From Naegleria gruberi (taxonomy: Eukaryota), in the NCBI GenBank assembly GCA_000004985.1, contig GG738889.1: a stretch of DNA of 64,000 bases. The stretch is one strand, 5' to 3'. Positions 54,709-64,000 of this stretch are shown one piece after another. Each line of letters opens with the position of its first letter. The first letter of the stretch is position 1. The position numbers and the translations under genes are program-made. The notes under the pieces are model-generated. The model ran no database searches and was not told the origin of the DNA. It saw only the letters and a program-made list of their open reading frames with translations.

Positions 54709-56379
54709 TTATTCTTCATCAGAGTCAACATCAAATTCCATTTCTTCCTCATCAGGTAAATACTCACTTTCTAAAAAGCTATCATTACAAAAGAGTAATT
54801 TAGACGAAAATCCAACATCTTCCAAAGCATTTACCATAACCTTCAATTGAGATTCCAACTCTGTTAGTCTATTCGAAAACTCTGAATGAGAATTCAGTAA
54901 TAAGGCACTATCTGCCTTTTTAAGAATTTCCACAGTTTCCAAATGTATTTCATCCTCACCCACAAGATCTTGATAATTCTGAATGTATTGTTTGATTTCA
55001 TTGAGTCTTCTCTCTTGAACTGCTCTTACATCTGGTAGAATAAAGTCAAGAAAACTTTCAGAGTTTACATTTTCAATTAGTTCTGCTAGTTTTTCCTCAT
55101 CGTCTGGATTGGAATAGACATGAATGAATTGTTGTTTCAAATCGCTCACATATTCTTTCAATAGTGGATCTGAATTGAAATCTGATTCCATTTTATCTAT
55201 CTTTCTAAATATTAGTGACAGCATGTCACTTCTTGGACGAGCATACAAATGAAATGATTTGTCCAATTTGAATGAAACTTCAACAAGTGGGAAACTATTC
55301 TCGAGTACATATTTCAAAAAACCAGAATCCGCATTTGATCCATAATGTGAATGAAGAACTTGAATACTGTTCAATGATTGGAAATTGATATCAATATTTT
55401 CACCATTTGTAAATCTAGCAAAACATTCTGAAATGGCTAAATGTTCCAAAGAGGGAAAGAAGTGTGCAACCATAGCCATAATTTGTGTCATTGACATTTC
55501 TCCCTTAATGTCCTTAAGACAAAGTTTCTTGGCATTTCTAAACACCTTGCATTCTGAAAAGTCCATTTCTTCAATCACTAAGGTTCTACAATCTGCTGCT
55601 ACTGAACTAAATTGATGAATGTGGTTCAGGTGCATCTTTTCGGCTGAGTATCGAATTGTGGCATTCGAAAAGTTTAGTGCTAAACAAGTTATGCATGATT
55701 GGAGCTTTTCAATGAGCCTATTTTCTTCCAGCTCAAGAATTGAATTCTTGAATATTAACTTTAATTTCTTGCCAAATCTTTGTTCTAAATCCACTTGTAG
55801 AGACCTAATGGTATCGTATAAAATGCACGGACCTTGTGTGGTAATGCTTTTTAAATTTGGTGAAAGAATTAGAGATTTTCTTACATCATGAGCAATCAGT
55901 GATGGTTCTTCCACCAATTTACAATAGCTTATGGTTAAATGTTGAATATGACTGTCAGGGTTCAACAAATTCCAAATGTCATCTTTTGACAAGCAATAAA
56001 TATTCCTTAATTCCAAGCCTGTACATTGAGCCATCAGTTTAGCACCTCCTAAAGGCATCTTTTCTAAATTGTCTACTTTTAAATATTTACAATTCTCACT
56101 TTCCAGATTTCTCATATTTCCATTTACAATTTTACAAACAAATTCGAAATCTCCTTTTTCAACAGCCAACAAGTTTTTTCTCGACCGTAAAACATAAGCC
56201 ATCATTGAATCATCTATCAACCTCAAAGATTTGAACAGATGAAGTGTTCTGATCAAGGATTCATCTTCTATGAAGGTCATGATCAAGACCCAAACATCAC
56301 CAACTAATTGAGGATGAGATTTTGTTTTTGAATTACGTGGCGAGTTTGTTTTGAAAAACTTGGTTAATCGTGTTAACAT
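54709..56379 (-). CDS. F-box-like / LRR (RNI/AMN1-type) protein with acidic C-terminal tail
   Basis: N-terminal QLVGDVWVLIMTFIEDESLIRTLHLFKSL is F-box-like, followed by cysteine-containing LRRs. C-terminal EEEMEFDVDSDEE. Confidence 0.55.
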   Translation of the reverse strand: MLTRLTKFFKTNSPRNSKTKSHPQLVGDVWVLIMTFIEDESLIRTLHLFKSLRLIDDSMMAYVLRSRKNLLAVEKGDFEFVCKIVNGNMRNLESENCKYLKVDNLEKMPLGGAKLMAQCTGLELRNIYCLSKDDIWNLLNPDSHIQHLTISYCKLVEEPSLIAHDVRKSLILSPNLKSITTQGPCILYDTIRSLQVDLEQRFGKKLKLIFKNSILELEENRLIEKLQSCITCLALNFSNATIRYSAEKMHLNHIHQFSSVAADCRTLVIEEMDFSECKVFRNAKKLCLKDIKGEMSMTQIMAMVAHFFPSLEHLAISECFARFTNGENIDINFQSLNSIQVLHSHYGSNADSGFLKYVLENSFPLVEVSFKLDKSFHLYARPRSDMLSLIFRKIDKMESDFNSDPLLKEYVSDLKQQFIHVYSNPDDEEKLAELIENVNSESFLDFILPDVRAVQERRLNEIKQYIQNYQDLVGEDEIHLETVEILKKADSALLLNSHSEFSNRLTELESQLKVMVNALEDVGFSSKLLFCNDSFLESEYLPDEEEMEFDVDSDEE

Positions 56380-56554
56380 ATTTTTTAATCGTTGATTTTA
56401 TTATTAATAGTAAAACGTGATTAAATGTAATTTAAAGGTTTCTAATAGATTTCTAATTAACAACAACTGTCTAATAATTTTGTACTCCAGAAGGTTCACC
56501 AACTATTTTGGAATACTTTAAAATTGTGAAATTCTTTACAATTTTTATTTAACT

Positions 56555-57756
56555 TTATGCATCACCAAGAATAGGTGTGTTTGCAAATTTATATCTGGTT
56601 CCTGTATGACGTTTCTTAATACTAATATATGAATCCAGGTTATCCTTGAAGGTTAGTATGATTTGGTTCATTAAGAAATTACAGAATGGAGATTGTACAG
56701 GTTTAGTTGAATGGGATTTACCTTTATGCTCCGCAATAGATCGAAAGTATGTTTGTTTGTCAGCATTTTCAATGATAGTGATTGGATATTTACCCCTCAA
56801 CAAGACATAGTTCATTAATAATCTAGATATTCTTCCATTCCCATCTTTGAATGGATGAATTTGAACAAAATTGTAATGGATAAGGCAAGCTTGTTTGATT
56901 GGATGGGAATTCATGAATGATGCAGAATTAACATATTGAATAAACTTCCTCATGAGACCTGGAACTTCATTAAAATCAGCTAACAACACCTTTTCAAAGC
57001 CAATTGCAACATTGACTTTTCGGTACGCTCCATTTTCTCTTAATAAATACATCATTAGAGTGATGCATTTGTTGAATGTTTTCCTCACTTAATGTTTCAT
57101 TTTGTTCAATATATTTAAGGATATAATCAAATGCAGTTTTGTGATTCATTACTTCCAAAAATTGTATATATGAAGTTTCTTTGGCAGCAACCTCAGAAAG
57201 TATTTGACTTGTTTGAGAAAATGAAGCAGTGCAACCTTCAATGGCATTTCCATGGTAAATAAATCTTGCCAGAGTGTCATTGGCAAGGATTTCTTTCATA
57301 TCAAAGTTAAAGCTCTGGGACAAATCTTCAACAACAGCTAAATCATTTTCATCTTAAACCAATAAGAAATAAGAAAAAGTAAAGCCTACCCAATTCAATT
57401 TCTGAAGGATGTTGAAACAAACTGGCATAACCTTGATATATTGCACCATCCTCAACCAATTCATAAAAATTGGAAGTACTTCTAAACGGTTCGTACAGCT
57501 TTTTCATCTCTTCTTCTCTCCAAGTCTCTGCCTCATAAAATAGTTTAAATTGGTTCCTTTGTTTCAGTAGCTTGTCGGAATCAACATATTCCTGAGTACT
57601 TTCGTAAGTATAAAACACAACAATGCTTAATAAAAGTATCACGACCACTCCACAAATATACAACACAATATTATCTTTTCGAATTGTTTTCTTGGTTTTT
57701 GGTACCGAAGTTTTCTTGTAGTTTGTTTTCCTTACTATATTTCCCTTGCTTATCAT
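56555..57756 (-). CDS. Fic-domain protein with N-terminal TM anchor; frame disrupted in the last exon (possible pseudogene or sequence error)
   Basis: Exon 1 (57390-57756) carries the TM anchor. A 37-nt intron (GTAGGC...TTTAAG) leads to exon 2 (from 57352), which has the Fic N-terminal helix FIYHGNAIEG...IQQMHH. The core motif HPFKDGNGRISRLLMNYVL and the upstream GAYRKVNVAIG lie in the +1 frame from ~57035 onward. No intron of sensible size joins the two frames. Confidence 0.55.
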
Positions 57757-57982
57757 TTTTTTGTGAGTTTTTTATTGTGCAAAAGACGAAAGCTTTAGAA
57801 AATTGCATTATTTCTGGATATGAGACAATTATATTTTCAAGAAGTTGAGCAATAACCACATTCTGGTTTTTCAAATAGAGAAGTAAAGCTCCAAGCTATA
57901 AATATCAATTTTTTTGTCATATGCAATATTTTCACAAACCTCTGGAGTGTTGTACCAACATTTTCAGTCACTTGAGATTTAC

Positions 57983-59080
57983 CTAGTTCTTCAGTGGTGT
58001 TTCAGATATTGGTCTGTAAGGATTCGATGTGGAGACAGTAGTTTCTGGTACATAATTCTGAATAAAAATGGCCATATCCAACCATAATTCCAAACATTGA
58101 ACAGCATGTAAGTTATCAAATTCCTTCATGTAGAGAAAATATTTGGGCACTATTAATGTTTGATTATTGATGACTTGCTCTTCAAATTTAGCCTCCAAAA
58201 CGAACAGAAAGGCAACTTTTTGTAGGTATAACAACCCCTCCACTTTGCTGTACTTTTCCATTTGTTCCTTTTTTAAACGAAAGTGTTTCATGTTTTCTCT
58301 GAAAAAGTTATTTAAATCCAAGTGAATAACATCTTACCTTAGTAAACTCTTCATACAAATAATCAATTTCTGGCCGTCTGTTCCTGGATTGTTCCACTTC
58401 ACTGGATGGTCGATTGCCTTATCTTCCCTTATCAAAAATCTACTTTCTTCAGTTTGCAAAAACCCATCATTTCGTACTTTAATTAGAGGCAACTCATCAC
58501 ATAAACAAACTGAATGTTGTTTGTCCCTGATCATATTCTCCTATTAGCATTTCTATTAATAAGAAACTTACCCATTCAAACTGATATTGTTAAAATTTGA
58601 ACATAGTGCATTAAATAGACTATTAATGGCTGAAGACACTACCATGTCTCCCAAAGGTTCTCTTCTTTTATAAATATCGAACAACTTTCGTGTCGAACAT
58701 AACAACTCCATAACTGTCCCAATACTGGCTCTGCACCCTTCAAAAGAGGATTCGAGCTCTAGCTTTAAACTTTCAAACTTTTCCCAGCTATCTTTCTCTT
58801 GGTAAATGTCGGTAATCCTTTCCAAACTTTCCTTTGGGAATGAAAAATCAGGTTTCCAACTCATAGGTGTAATGTCGAGTGTTGAGAAGAAAGGTGCACT
58901 TTCTTTTGCCCAATAGGGAAGATCCTGATTTTCGGAAATGATTGCTCTTTCACAAAATCTCACAAAAGCCTCAAGTTTTCCTTCATCTTCCACAATTCCC
59001 TTAATTACTTGTTGTAGACTTTGCTTTAGTCCCTCCTTGCTGTCTTCTTCTGCTCTTTCGATGAGTTTTCTCTTTGGCAT
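57983..59080 (-). CDS. hypothetical protein (~338 aa), 3 exons
   Basis: Exons 58572-59080, 58338-58526 and 57983-58298. Introns of 45 nt (GTAAGTTTCT...ATGATCAG) and 39 nt (GTAAGATG...TTTTTCAG), both 3n and both containing in-frame stops. Phases are consistent and the total is 1014 nt. Confidence 0.55.
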
Positions 59081-59265
59081 TTTTTATAAAAAATTAAGGC
59101 GGGAATGAATCTCTAAAAGATCATAATATTGTATTTATTAAAATATCAGGAAGTTGATAATGGACCACCTATCACTTAGTACATGTTTCTTTCATACTAC
59201 TATTGATATTTATAGTTTTCTAGATCCTTTAATCTTTTTTCAAGATCTGTAATAAGATTTCTTTT

Positions 59266-62200
59266 CTAAAAGCCAAATGGTTTCATGTAAGAAATGATAA
59301 GATTAATATTATCTAAGAAATTAGCTGATAATTCATCGATCAACTGTTTGAATGGTCCAAATAAGTTCTTATTACGCAGATATTCAGCTAACTCATTGTA
59401 AATCATTCTCTCCATCAATATTATTAAACCTAATACTCTTTGGAAAGATTTAGGATAATAGTGGCTTCTTTCTAAATGTCCCTCATTATCCACATAAATT
59501 TTGGAAGGAGATGAACTCTCGAAAACATGTCCAATAAAAGCATCAAATGCTGCTGTCTGCAAGAGAATATCTTTGAATGATTGAGATTTTGATGTTGTAA
59601 AGTCAGAGAGCTTAGAATTTTTACCCCCAACTCTTTGTGAGTGAATTGGAGAAACAAGACTAAACCCTTTTCCAAAAGCAGTGGGGAAATTTCTAACCCT
59701 ACGATTTGTGTAAGGAACATTAATCCAAAATCTGTTCACATCAATAAAACTGTTGATAATCAAGTTAAATAATTGATCTAATGGTGAATATTCCAATTCC
59801 AATACTTCCCCACTCTTGAACTGCAGTATTACATTGGATATGGAAAACTTTTGAACAGAAGGAATAACTGTCATTACCTCATCATGCATGCTGTAAAATG
59901 GTATGAATAGTGGTTTGGAAAATTCACCGTTCATACCTCCCGTAGTTAATTTCTCAATTGAGTCCAAAAAGAGACATTGATTTTGAATGATTTCCTTTTC
60001 CTCAGTATTAATCATTGACATGTATTGGGAAAGTATAAATTTGCTGATTGGATGTCGATGTGATTCCACTTTCAGCAACCAGAAAAATTGATTTCCAATA
60101 ACTTTGGATGTAAGAGATCTTCTTACAAGATATTGAGTCAGTACTCCATTAACACTATCAAACTTGATACAATTTGTGAGATAAGGTAGCAATACCAAAA
60201 AATCTTCATCAGTGGTATCTTGCAGCATTTCTGTAATTGTAAGTTTGATAAAAACACTGTTGGAAACACTTTCTGATAGAATTCTCAATAGTTTCATCAC
60301 GTGTTGTGGTTTTTTCCATTTAGATACATATTGTTTGGCCAAATATACAGCCCATGGATTTTGAAATGGTATACTTCTCAAAAATGGTACAATCTTGTCT
60401 GGATTACTAATGTTAACATCCTTTTGTTTCCATTCCTTCATAGAAGGTAAATCATTCAATGTTAAGTTCATTGGTTCAACTCTATTAAAAAGAACAATTT
60501 GTGTTTCCTCATAAACTTCCAAAGATTCTTTAAACTTCAGTGGTGGTATTTTCTCTATTTCATACATGACCGAATGCTCATAATTCTCGAATGAAACGTC
60601 AACAGAAAATGTTGTATCAATACCGTCTATTGTGGTATCTTTGGAAAATAATTTAACATTTCCTTGTTGTAGCTCCAAATTTGAATCGAAAACTGGGCAT
60701 TCTACTTTTGACACGTATTTTCTTTTAGTTATTCCAGTAATAGGGTTTACCATTAAGCAGAATAGTGTTAATTCTATCATTCCATCACAAGAAAGGTCTG
60801 ATATACGAATGTTATCAAAACTAATTTCCTCATTCCATTCCAAACAATCCGAATGTGGTATACACTTGGTATATTTTCTCTCACTGGTCTCGTTGCTATA
60901 TATTTTGCATTCAATTACAAAAGAAAGAGTACTGAAAGGTTTGAAGTCTGTGTGAAAGTATGATATTCCCTGTATACCCTTGATGAAAATTTTCAGATTC
61001 TTATCAAAATCGAAAGAGCAAATGGCACCGTCCTTCTTTGCAATGTCAGTAGTTTGAGTGATTAAAGAATTTAAAAACTTGAAATATGGTTCAACATCAT
61101 TTTCGTGTTCAATATTCATCTTGGTTGGTGCACAATCAACCTCTATATTTTTCTTCGATCCTAAAGAAAGTAAAAGTCCTCTTTCAACATTCTTCATCAA
61201 GTTGATTTTGACAATTAAAGTTTTAAGGGAAGGTAAACCTTCTAAAATTGGTATGATACCCTCAGTCAAAGGGTTGGCAGAAATATTAAGCCTTGTTAAG
61301 TTTTTCCATTCACATTCACTCATAAGCTCTGTAAAATTCCTCGTATCCATATTAATTGAAGAAATATCCAGAGAGGTCAACCCTTCCAGTTTACAAATTT
61401 TGGATATTAATCCTTTTCCAAATGAATGGCCATTTACAGTTAAACATGTCAGGTGGAGTGGCTTGATTTCATTTGAACTGTAGATATTTTCCCAAAAACG
61501 TTTGCTCATATTATTTAAAGTAAGTGATTTTAGATTTTTGAATTCACACTTTTCAAAATTCTCAAATCCATTAGTTTGCACATCATCAAGAGCCAAATAC
61601 TCCAAGTTTTCTGAAAAGTTTTCAATATTAGTATAGCAGTGTGTTATGGAGAGTTTTTTCAATCCCAAAGGAAGAATGGATGTTTCTATTGTGATATTTC
61701 CTTCTAAATCTAATGATTCGAGATTTTCAAAATCCAACCTGGGAAGAGGTGATATTCTTTCAAAACGATCACTGTATATAGCCAGTGATCTAATTTGTGG
61801 TTTGATAGAAAGCATCTTATCTACCAAATATGAAGTATATGCAAAATCAACTTTCAACTCGACAAGATTAGGTAGTCTTTCCCTGCTCTCTAACAAATAT
61901 TGATAATCATATTTGACGTATATTCTCTAACATCCAAAGACTTTAACTTTGAAAATTTGTCAATAATTAACTTTAAACCACTCGAGCTGAATTCATTTCT
62001 TCTCAAACTCAAATATTCCAAAGCATTTGCATTCATGGAAGAACACACTCTTTCAATCTCACTATCTGTTAAATGACAACCAACAGCCGAAAACTTTTTA
62101 ATAGAAAAATAATAATCATCAGCCTGATGATCAAGTAATAACTTAGAAAATTCCTGTTTTGAAGTAAACTTCAATCGGAGATGAACTAATCTTCTCACAA

Positions 62201-62300
62201 CCAGCCATCTCTTACAAACTTGCGAAGTAATCAAAAAGACAAACTTTGCATGAAGAAAGGAGAAAATTTCGGCAATAATTTCCTCTGGCAATTGATTCAT
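59266..62300 (-). CDS. F-box + LRR + Vps34-like (C2 / PIK-helical / PI3K-fold) pseudokinase, 2 exons
   Basis: Exon 1 (61932-62300): F-box LPEEIIAEIFSFL...VCKRW. A 44-nt intron at 61888-61931 (GTTAGA...TTAGAG) shifts frame into exon 2 (59266-61887). Exon 2 has LRRs, a C2-like segment (CLEWNEEISFDNIRISDLSCDGMIELTLF), PIK-helical FFWLLKVESHRHPISKFILSQYM, and a kinase-fold with FKSGEVLELEY...FWINVPYT in which GDRH is replaced by IGHVFE and DFG by SHYY. Confidence 0.6.
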
Positions 62301-62486
62301 TTTTTTGGAGTTGGATCGAAGAATGAATTATTGGTGCCTGTTCAAACCTGGATTTGAATTTCTTGAGGTGGAGCATCTACTCTCACAGGTTTGAATTAAA
62401 TTTTAGGTTTGAAGATTCATGAATTCAAGAAAATTATGAATTTCACATAATGATGTTTTACAAATTTGACATTTACAGGCTTAAAT

Positions 62487-63388
62487 TTAGGCATATTTAA
62501 TCATTAGAATGATGAATATTAAAATTGATATCAGAATACAAGCAATAATTGAAATAACGGTCACTACTCTACACATCATTCGATTCTTGGTGCTTTTTGC
62601 TTGATAAACAAATGTCTGAGAGTCACTGTTCAAATCAGTAGTTTTCTGAGATAGGTCTCTAGTAGATTCCATATTTACAATAATCTTATCAATGTTGGAA
62701 ACCATGATTTTCTTAACATCTTCAATTTGAGATTGAATCAGCACAATTTTATCATTTTCCACTCGTGTACAATAATCCAATTGTTGACCAAGTAATTTTT
62801 CCACCTTTTTGTAAAAATCTTCGTGTAATCTTTGATTATTTGATTTGAAAATTTCATAATTTATACTTTGCAATAATTTAATAAATTCATTTTTCACTCT
62901 ATCCAATAATCCAAAACAAATTCTCAAATGAGTACTATAATAATTCCATAATTTAAATTCCACAATAAATTCACCACATACCTCTCCTCTGCAATGCAAA
63001 CATAGAAATAAAATCTTCCATTGAAATGATGTTCCAAAACATGAATCTGTTGAGTGGCAATTTGAAATGTTGTTTTAAAAATTGAACTAGCAAGAGATGA
63101 ATCATTAAATTGATTGAGATCAGTTCTCTGTTTTTCCACAACTTTAAAACAAGTAGACCTCAGATTTTCTGTTGTTTTCTGTAATTGTGGTCTGAGAGCA
63201 GCATCACCATGAAAATATATTTTAGAATTTTGTGGTGTTGCCAAATAATTATTTTCCATAGATGGACCAGGACGTGAAAACACAGCGACCATGTGAATAT
63301 CGTGGTAATTGTTATTGGTGTTGGATTGATGTTCACTTGATCCTCCTCCAAGTATTGGAGTCCTTTCCGAAGCATTGTTTCTACTCAT
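62487..63388 (-). CDS. longin-domain R-SNARE (VAMP7/synaptobrevin-like), 2 exons
   Basis: Exon 1 (62982-63388) is a longin domain (KIYFHGDAAL...FYFYVCIAEE). A 47-nt intron at 62935-62981 (GTATGTGGTG...TATTATAG) leads to exon 2 (62487-62934), with the SNARE heptads VKKIMVSNIDKIIVNMESTRDL and the C-terminal TM VVTVISIIACILISILIFIIL. Confidence 0.75.
62935..62981 (-). other. 47-nt spliceosomal intron
   Basis: GTATGTGGTGAATTT...GGAATTATTATAG. It joins the longin domain to the SNARE motif in phase. Confidence 0.7.
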
Positions 63389-63536
63389 TTTTTAATTGTG
63401 AAAGTAATAACGAATCCTATTCTCTAATCTCCTTCTCCTTTTGAATCCAATTAGATTCCACCTTACAAAGACCAACAAAGCCAAATAATAGAATAATGTA
63501 AAGATATTTATTATTTAGTCGAACTAGGGCTATTAT

Positions 63537-63974
63537 TTAGAGAAAGTTAAAGTTATTGTTATTCATGTACAGAATGGATTGTTTAACCTGACCAATTATA
63601 TCTGCATATTCATTCTTCATGAATTGTTCGCATTCCTTAATTGGACCAGTCAAAGAATAGGAGAGGTCTGAAGTACCTTTTGTTAGTCTCAAACTACTTG
63701 TTTTAGAAACCTTTTTCAAAAGAATGGGTAATCCCATTTCTCTTTCAGTCCCGTTAGTAAACGAGATCTGAACAGTCTTTTCTAAGTATTTCTTCATCTC
63801 GACATCAAAAGTTCTAAAGGCCTCTTCTACCTTTTCCATTCTAACTCCTCTAATATAAAACATTTTAGTTTGATCGCTATGATCAATATAAACACCGATT
63901 GGTAGTTTCATAGTGGTGATGTATCTTGTTAGGTTTTGAACTACATCAACAGGAAGTGAATCAGATGGGATCAT
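63537..63974 (-). CDS. hypothetical protein (145 aa)
   Basis: ATG-initiated single ORF at the window edge; no domain recognised. Confidence 0.35.
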   Translation of the reverse strand: MIPSDSLPVDVVQNLTRYITTMKLPIGVYIDHSDQTKMFYIRGVRMEKVEEAFRTFDVEMKKYLEKTVQISFTNGTEREMGLPILLKKVSKTSSLRLTKGTSDLSYSLTGPIKECEQFMKNEYADIIGQVKQSILYMNNNNFNFL

Positions 63975-64000
63975 CTTTTTGTAACCTCGGATAATTTCAA

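Noticed and set aside
1-64000. Prokaryotic, phage or giant-virus interpretation, and a search for CRISPR arrays and defence islands.
   Set aside because: Gene content is cohesin, Mediator, SNARE, CDK, LSG1 and Atg14-like. Conserved proteins are interrupted by GT...AG micro-introns. There are no Shine-Dalgarno-spaced operons and no direct-repeat/spacer arrays. This is eukaryotic nuclear DNA.

Overview
This 64-kb window is an AT-rich (~30% GC) stretch of a compact eukaryotic nuclear genome; it is not prokaryotic or viral. I count about 36 protein-coding genes on both strands, roughly one per 1.7 kb, separated by short AT-rich spacers. Stop codons are overwhelmingly TAA. Many genes are interrupted by very short spliceosomal introns of 37-118 nt (mostly 39-56 nt) with GTAAGT or GTATGT donors and AG acceptors; I inferred these from places where a conserved protein jumps frame or crosses a single stop codon. 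The genes I recognise are eukaryotic housekeeping and trafficking genes: cohesin SA/Scc3, LSG1 GTPase, a CNNM metal transporter, MED21, TXNDC9/PhLP3, QTRT2, a CDK-family kinase, a GH38 alpha-mannosidase, an M16 insulysin-like peptidase, an SDR, a VAMP7-like longin SNARE, and an Atg14/UVRAG-like protein. There is also a notable concentration of F-box/LRR proteins (four in the window), a PAS protein, a Fic-domain protein, a 7TM receptor-like protein and a STAND-like NTPase. The composition, codon usage (AGA, CCA, TCA, GGT preferred), RNI-type LRR/F-box expansion and micro-introns suggest a free-living amoeboid protist, perhaps heterolobosean or dictyostelid-like, but I cannot settle the organism from sequence alone. 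I found no rRNA, tRNA, CRISPR array or transposon. Many ORF-track start coordinates are TTG/GTG artefacts, so I re-anchored starts to the first plausible in-frame ATG. The most unusual items are these: (1) an F-box + LRR protein fused to a Vps34-like C2/helical/PI3K-fold module with degenerate catalytic motifs; (2) a 1487-aa fusion of an FAD-linked oxidase with a SAM methyltransferase; (3) a Fic gene whose frame is broken by a single nucleotide in an A-run; (4) a perfect tandem pair of E2F motifs immediately upstream of the cohesin gene; (5) a gene whose two halves are joined only across one in-frame TGA; (6) a set of 3n micro-introns that each carry an in-frame stop.
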